From positions 1 through 23,338 of the forward strand of contig JBBSJT010000025.1 in assembly GCA_038257035.1 (NCBI GenBank): a DNA stretch of 23,338 nucleotides. The letters run 5' to 3'. Within the stretch, counting starts at the first letter, position 1, and every line of letters starts with the position of its first letter. Made by a program: the position numbers and the translations under genes. Origin of the DNA: Chlamydiia bacterium. GTDB lineage: Bacteria; Chlamydiota; Chlamydiia; Chlamydiales; Parachlamydiaceae. The notes under the pieces are model-generated. The model was given only the letters and a program-made list of their open reading frames with translations. It did not search any database and was not told the DNA's origin. Below are positions 17,912-23,338 of the stretch, one piece after another.

Positions 17912-20106
17912 ACGAGGAAAACAGACCCAATCCGGACGAGCTTCTTAAAGCAATTCAAAATAGAGAAAACCAGGAGAGCAAGGGTCGTCTAAAAATATTT
18001 CTTGGAATGGCAGCGGGTGTTGGAAAAACTTATGCAATGTTACAAGAGGCTCAAGAATTAAAAAAAGCCGGCCTCGATGTTCGTATTGGTACTGTTGAGA
18101 CCCATAACCGCATCGAAACGATGAACTTGGTCAAAGGGCTTGAAATTATCCCGGAAAAAATTGTTTATTATAAAGATAAGGAATTTAGCGAACTTAACCT
18201 TGATGAAATCATTCGTTTAAAACCCAAAATTGTTTTGGTCGACGAATTAGCTCATAGTAATATCCCGGGATTAAGACATGAAAAGCGCTGGCAAGATGTT
18301 GTGGAAATTCTTGCCAACGGAATTGATGTTCACACAACTTTAAATGTACAACATATTGAAAGTTTAAAAGACATCGTAGAAAATATTTCATCCATAGTAA
18401 TCCGAGAAACTGTCCCCGACCTTGTAATTGAAAGGGCTGCATTTATTCAAATTGTTGACATTGTTCCTAATGAGCTTTTAAGAAGGCTGGATGAGGGCAA
18501 AGTGTACCTTGGAGATCAGTCAAGAATTGCTGCTCTTAATTTTTTTAAAGAAGATAAATTAACTGCCCTAAGAGAAATTCTTTTAAGGTATACTGCTGAA
18601 AAAATCGATCATGATTTACACAATATGGTTTCAATTGTCGAAAACGAAAATCAATGGAAACCAAGAGAAAAATTACTTGTAGCTGTAGGATCAAGTCCAC
18701 ATTCACAAAAACTGATCCGAAATACTAGGCGCTTGAGTTCAATTCTTGAAGCTCCATGGATAGCCGTTTACGTCGATACAGGGGAAGCTTTATCAGAATC
18801 TGATACAAGCATGCTCGACAAAAATTTATCGCTGGCAAGAGACCTTGGTGCCGAGGTGATTACCACTTACGACCCTAACATTGCAGATGCCATTCAACGA
18901 ATTGCAAGACGAAGGGGGGTAACCCAAATCATTGTTGGAAGAAGCCCCCAAAACGGCTTTTTTAGCTTTTTTAAAAAAATGAGTCTTCAAGAAAAGCTTG
19001 CTAAAGATTGCAAAGACATTGATATCCATATGGTAAGGCAACAGCAGCAACTAACGACCCATCGAAAAAAATTAAGGGCTACAGCTAAATCCAAACATTA
19101 TAGCGATTATTTGTTTGTTTTTTTCTACGTAGGTCTTTTAGGGCTCCTTAATTTCATGATTTATCCTCTGGTTGGCTATCAAGTAATCGGTGAAATTTTT
19201 TTCATTGGTATTTTGGCTTTAACCCTTTTTTTTAAAAAAGGTCCTATTTTTTTTGCAACGCTCCTTTTTTCATTGATTTGGTTTTTCTTTTTTATTCCCG
19301 ATGAATTTAAATTTTCCATTGAATCCATTTTATTACTTTTACTCTATTTTCTGACTGCAATTGCAACAGGCATTTTAGTGGATCGGTATAGAACACACCA
19401 AGAAATGCTTGCCAAACGTGAGGAACAGTCACTTGCGCTCTATCGCATCATCCGTGAGATAGCTACAGCTACATCATCGACAAAGTTATTTAAAGAAATC
19501 GATGAGCGTTTAGAGAGGCTATTTAAAACAACTATTGAAATTGTCATAAAAGAAATTAACGATGGCCTGGTCTTTAGCGAAAAGTCAGAACTTCTTACCG
19601 ATGAAAAGGAAAAAGCCGCATTAAGTTGGGTTTTTGAAAATGAAGTAGAAGCCGGTTGGTCAACAGATACTTTGCCTCTTTCCCAAAATTTATATATTCC
19701 CCTAAAAGGCTTTCATGAAATTGTCGGGATTCTTATTTGTCAAAAAAGAAAAGGGGAAATGTTAAGCTTAGATGAAAAGAATTTCCTCTACACCGTTTCA
19801 CAGCAACTTGGGTATCATATTGAACGCTCATTTTTAGAAGAGCGTGCCAATCAAAAAGAGATGCTCATACAATTAGAAAAAATCAATAAGTCGATTTTGA
19901 GACGACTTGGAAATGAATTTAAACCATTAGCATTAGATGCTAAGCATGTCGTAAACACATTTAAAGAAAAACTCCAGACAAGCCATAATAAAGTATTAAT
20001 AAGCGACTTTTCAAAAATTGAAAAGTCGCTTGAGAAATTAACCAGAGCATTCGAGCATGTTTCTCTTATGACAGATGTTGATAAAAAAAGTGAACCGGCA
20101 AAATAA
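17908..20106 (+). CDS. kdpD: KdpD-like sensor lacking a recognisable kinase domain
   Basis: RPNPDELL, GMAAGVGKT, VDELAHSN, KRWQDV, Usp domain, four TM helices and a GAF-like region; ends about 85 aa later; GTG start overlaps the kdpC stop. Confidence 0.9.
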   Translation: MNEENRPNPDELLKAIQNRENQESKGRLKIFLGMAAGVGKTYAMLQEAQELKKAGLDVRIGTVETHNRIETMNLVKGLEIIPEKIVYYKDKEFSELNLDEIIRLKPKIVLVDELAHSNIPGLRHEKRWQDVVEILANGIDVHTTLNVQHIESLKDIVENISSIVIRETVPDLVIERAAFIQIVDIVPNELLRRLDEGKVYLGDQSRIAALNFFKEDKLTALREILLRYTAEKIDHDLHNMVSIVENENQWKPREKLLVAVGSSPHSQKLIRNTRRLSSILEAPWIAVYVDTGEALSESDTSMLDKNLSLARDLGAEVITTYDPNIADAIQRIARRRGVTQIIVGRSPQNGFFSFFKKMSLQEKLAKDCKDIDIHMVRQQQQLTTHRKKLRATAKSKHYSDYLFVFFYVGLLGLLNFMIYPLVGYQVIGEIFFIGILALTLFFKKGPIFFATLLFSLIWFFFFIPDEFKFSIESILLLLLYFLTAIATGILVDRYRTHQEMLAKREEQSLALYRIIREIATATSSTKLFKEIDERLERLFKTTIEIVIKEINDGLVFSEKSELLTDEKEKAALSWVFENEVEAGWSTDTLPLSQNLYIPLKGFHEIVGILICQKRKGEMLSLDEKNFLYTVSQQLGYHIERSFLEERANQKEMLIQLEKINKSILRRLGNEFKPLALDAKHVVNTFKEKLQTSHNKVLISDFSKIEKSLEKLTRAFEHVSLMTDVDKKSEPAK

Positions 20107-20110
20107 TCAA

Positions 20111-20431
20111 TTATTGGCCGGTTTTTCTCATGCTTCTTAAATTTTGCTCGTATAGGCTGTCCATATCATCATTCGGTGTAAGAACAGGATCTGGAAGTAA
20201 AACAGGTGAGTAGCCACCATTATAATAAACTCCGCCACCGTATCCACCATAACCGCCAACTCCGTCGTGTCGATGAAAATCACCTCGGTTTAAATCACCA
20301 TGATCACCGGCATGAACACCACCACCTGCATGGCCGCCGCCACCTCCACCTCTTGCAATTTCACTATTTTCAGCTGTAACAGTTGCAATTAAAGCAAAGG
20401 TAAGTGGTATAAAAAATAAAATTTTACGCAT
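20111..20431 (-). CDS. Small secreted Gly-rich protein, function unknown
   Basis: Signal peptide, ARGGGGGGHAGGG and GGYGGYGGG; GGAG RBS. Confidence 0.75.
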   Translation of the reverse strand: MRKILFFIPLTFALIATVTAENSEIARGGGGGGHAGGGVHAGDHGDLNRGDFHRHDGVGGYGGYGGGVYYNGGYSPVLLPDPVLTPNDDMDSLYEQNLRSMRKTGQ

Positions 20432-20440
20432 AACGACTCC

Positions 20441-20764
20441 TTATCGATTAATATTCAAGTTAGGACTTGTATTATCTAAAATATTAGACTGGTTAAAATC
20501 ATCTTGATATTGCGGATAATATTCACCACCTCGATCGCTCTGATAATAACTGCCATCTCTACCTGAATCAAAACGATTGTTATATTGCACATTTTGTCTG
20601 TTAAAATCGTAAAGATTTGGCCTTTCGCGAGAGGCATTACTTCTATCAGTGATTAGCTCTTCTTCAAGTGGCGTTAATCCACCTGCAGTTTCCGTTGCAT
20701 AAATTGCCGATGTCGTTAAGATAGAAAGAAAAATAAATAATGTTAACTTAAGAGAATTTTTCAT
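20441..20764 (-). CDS. Small secreted Asn/Tyr/Gln-rich protein, function unknown
   Basis: Signal peptide MKNSLKLTLFIFLSILTTSAIYA; 9 nt from the next co-oriented gene. Confidence 0.7.
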   Translation of the reverse strand: MKNSLKLTLFIFLSILTTSAIYATETAGGLTPLEEELITDRSNASRERPNLYDFNRQNVQYNNRFDSGRDGSYYQSDRGGEYYPQYQDDFNQSNILDNTSPNLNINR

Positions 20765-20860
20765 ATAAACCCCAAAAAATATAAGTTTTTACCCTTAAAA
20801 TAATAAGTATCACTTATTTATTATAATTATCAATAATTAAGTGGTTGGTAGAGATACACG

Positions 20861-20908
20861 TTTTTTTTAACACCGAGAACACCGAGGAGCAAAGAGAGAG
20901 GGAGAGAG
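20861..20908 (+). repeat. T-tract plus tandem 9-mer AACACCGAG (unpaired arm)
   Basis: TTTTTTTT-AACACCGAG-AACACCGAG-GAGCAAAGAG. Confidence 0.6.
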
Positions 20909-20940
20909 TAAAGTTTACAAAAATAGATTAATCTTAGTTT

Positions 20941-21042
20941 GGGGACGGGTTTCCTATAAGTGCATTAACTTTTAATCGATTTCCTCAACTATATAATTCT
21001 TAAAGTTGATTAAAAGTTATGAACTTGTAAGAGAACTGTCCC
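20941..21042. repeat. GGGAC(A/G)G-family ~100 bp palindromic element, copy 1
   Basis: GGGACGGGTTTCCTATAAGTGCATTAACTTTTAATC pairs imperfectly with GATTAAAAGTTATGAACTTGTAAGAGAACTGTCCC. Confidence 0.85.
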
Positions 21043-21088
21043 TATCCCCTTTTTTTGGAGTGCTTTGAAAGAAAAATGAATTTTGTTT

Positions 21089-21367
21089 TTACCCCGGCAG
21101 AGACAATTACAAAAGTGACAATAAATATTTTAATTTTCACTTTACTTTAACTTGAGAAACCAAAAGCCTGAAGGGCTTAAATTGCAACAGCCTAGGGCAA
21201 CGCCCTAGGTATGTTATTATTTAAAAATGCTTGTCTAAATTCTAAACAAACAATTATGTAATTATCCTTGCCGGGCTGGTATTGTTTTTTTACCCCGAGT
21301 TCCATTTCAGGCCTATCGGCCTTCCATTACACACGAGGCTGACATCTGTTGACCCCTGCCGGGGTAA
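21089..21367. repeat. Cluster of REP-like hairpins
   Basis: TTACCCCGGCAG/CTGCCGGGGTAA outer IR; AAGCCTGAAGGGCTT; CCTAGGGC-aac-GCCCTAGG; GGCCTATCGGCC; ACCCCTGCCGGGGT. Confidence 0.7.
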
Positions 21368-21370
21368 TAA

Positions 21371-22954
21371 TTAATGTGTTGCGACCATCATGTCAACGAA
21401 GCAGTTTACAATGTCGTCAGGGAACATGCTTAGATTTGAATCTTCTCCTGATTTTTGACCCTGCTTCAAAACAATTCCTGTGGCTATGTTTTGTTTTTCA
21501 AGAATTTTATCAACCACTTCTAAACCTTTAGTTAAGCGCATAGCTTCTTTTTCGTTCGAAATAATACAAGAGGCAATTTGATCACTTAAGACTTCTCTGA
21601 AACTTTTGCCATCGGGGTTTTTGGCTCTGATGTCAAAACCAAAATCAACGAATTTGTGTAAAAACTCAAAGGCTTTATCATCTTTATCATCAGGGAAAAA
21701 GCACCTCTGCTTAAAAATGTGATTTTGCTCTACTTCAGTAAACATATTAGCCGTAATTTCACCATCTTCTAAAAGTGAATCTACAAATTTAGAATTAATT
21801 TTTTTACCAAAGTTTCCAATAAAACAGTACTTTCTTGTTTCATCAGAATCCGTTTTATCCCACAATAGGCGACCAATCTTTACATTGTCATCAAAGAAAG
21901 CTTGACTCAAAGCAGTTGGATTTGCATCAAGACAAGGAGTAATCACTTCCAGCATCTTTTCATTCCAGTAATACCCTTCTAAAGCTCTCGATGCTTCGAG
22001 ATTACTGCTTTTTTGCAAAAATCGCATTGCCGCACAAATATTACGTTCGGAAATTATAAACCCTACATTATGATGATGAGGAGGTAGATAAGCACCTTGA
22101 CGATTTGCAGCAATATTTAAAGCCACCGTATACACAGCTGCAGAAATTTCATATCTTATAGTTTTAGTCTTTTTGCCTGCATCAATGTTAAACCCAACAC
22201 CTGCTAATTTTTGTATCCAATTTAAATGCTCTTCGGTCCATTTCATGCTGCCTTCTAAAGGCTCTAAAGGCTTAGTTTGTAATGAAAATTTCATTTCATC
22301 AGTAAACATTGCAGCTGAAATTTGTTTGGCATCCACCATATAATTTAAACTTTTACAGGCTTGAAAACCCCCTTTGCACTTCAAATTTATGAAAGTATTA
22401 GCTCGATGAATCTCTGAAGAGTTTTCACACAACATAGTAAAAATTTTAAGGTCTCCAAATCCCCATCCAGCCTTCAAGAGCAAATCTTCACCTTTTGAAT
22501 CTTTTTTGCTTAAAATGTCTTTATTAAATTCAATATTTTGAAGTAGCAGCTTGACGCTGTCAATATGCTCCAATAACCACTCAAAGGCCTCATGTGAAGG
22601 ATTGCTCTTATCAATAAATTCCTGAATTGCTACCTCAGCTAAGGCTTTATTGGTCAGTATTTGATCAAGCTTATAACCCAAAACACCCAATGCCACGCAA
22701 CCTGCAATGATTGTCAAAGGTGTTGCAAAACCTAAAGTCGCAATAATTGCTAATGGTGAATTTACACCAGCCACATGAGAAATTGCAAAAAAAGATAATG
22801 TTATGGTTGATATAGTAAAAACAACTCTTCGCTTCTCTTCAATAAAAGGATGTATTCTGCACTGATGATTCCCTAGGGAATCTATCGCTAATGCAGGAGA
22901 AATAAAAGGAACGGCTCTTTTATTATCAAACCCAAAATCGATATAATAGCTCAT
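21371..22954 (-). CDS. Hypothetical 527-aa protein with a long N-terminal hydrophobic domain and ankyrin-like remnants; possible effector
   Basis: Long ORF with a ~50-aa hydrophobic stretch; DSKGEDLLLKAGWGFGDLKIFTML and GFDIRAKNPDGKS. Confidence 0.7.
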   Translation of the reverse strand: MSYYIDFGFDNKRAVPFISPALAIDSLGNHQCRIHPFIEEKRRVVFTISTITLSFFAISHVAGVNSPLAIIATLGFATPLTIIAGCVALGVLGYKLDQILTNKALAEVAIQEFIDKSNPSHEAFEWLLEHIDSVKLLLQNIEFNKDILSKKDSKGEDLLLKAGWGFGDLKIFTMLCENSSEIHRANTFINLKCKGGFQACKSLNYMVDAKQISAAMFTDEMKFSLQTKPLEPLEGSMKWTEEHLNWIQKLAGVGFNIDAGKKTKTIRYEISAAVYTVALNIAANRQGAYLPPHHHNVGFIISERNICAAMRFLQKSSNLEASRALEGYYWNEKMLEVITPCLDANPTALSQAFFDDNVKIGRLLWDKTDSDETRKYCFIGNFGKKINSKFVDSLLEDGEITANMFTEVEQNHIFKQRCFFPDDKDDKAFEFLHKFVDFGFDIRAKNPDGKSFREVLSDQIASCIISNEKEAMRLTKGLEVVDKILEKQNIATGIVLKQGQKSGEDSNLSMFPDDIVNCFVDMMVATH

Positions 22955-23042
22955 AAAAAAAACCTTTAAATTAAAATTATATAATAATTAACAATACCCC
23001 ATCTAATTATTAAAAACAAGCTTTTAATAATTTCTAGCGAAT

Positions 23043-23142
23043 GGGGACAGTTCTTCATAAGTGCATAATTTTAATCGAAGTATAAGGCTTTATAACGCTT
23101 GAAAGATCGATTAAAAGTTACGCACTTATGTGAGAACCGTCC
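23043..23142. repeat. GGGAC(A/G)G-family ~100 bp palindromic element, copy 2
   Basis: GGGACAGTTCTTCATAAGTGCATAATTTTAATCGA...TCGATTAAAAGTTACGCACTTATGTGAGAACCGTCC. Confidence 0.85.
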
Positions 23143-23291
23143 TGGGGCGTTCGATCTAGACCCAGAACCTCAATTTTAAGAATAATGTTCCTTTAAAATT
23201 TGTGCCACTTTCTTGCTTTTCATATTGCTGATGCTACTTGAAATTGAAAATTTGCAATGCCTAATAAAGCTATGTATTATAGCATCTTCGA

Positions 23292-23338
23292 TTTTTTCAA
23301 CGCAGAGACGCAGAGGCGCTGAGACGCAGAGAAGCGCG
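23292..23338 (+). repeat. T-tract plus tandem 8-mer ACGCAGAG, at the window edge
   Basis: TTTTTTCA-ACGCAGAG-ACGCAGAG-GCGCTGAG-ACGCAGAG. Confidence 0.8.

Noticed and set aside
663..23338. CRISPR array interpretation of the repeats
   Set aside because: No regularly spaced direct repeats with unique spacers, and no cas genes in the window

Overview
AT-rich bacterial chromosomal segment. The gene content suggests an intracellular or amoeba-associated bacterium such as an environmental Chlamydiae; this is an inference. In order it holds: the 3' part of smpB, rlmH, a dus gene, a small membrane protein, an MsrB-MsrA fusion, and four co-oriented Sel1-repeat paralogs with a divergent F-box-like N-terminus. 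That cluster is interrupted by a frameshifted Y1 HUH transposase (IS200/RAYT-like) enclosed by long structured inverted repeats. Next come a DUF2147-like protein, a small GIY-YIG nuclease, a kdpFABCD operon whose KdpD lacks the kinase module and has no adjacent kdpE, two small secreted proteins and a 527-aa effector-like protein. The most striking feature is the density of non-coding palindromic elements (about 100-280 bp, several families, two present twice). Several of them are built from T-tract-anchored 8-9 bp tandem units, and one splits kdpB from kdpC.
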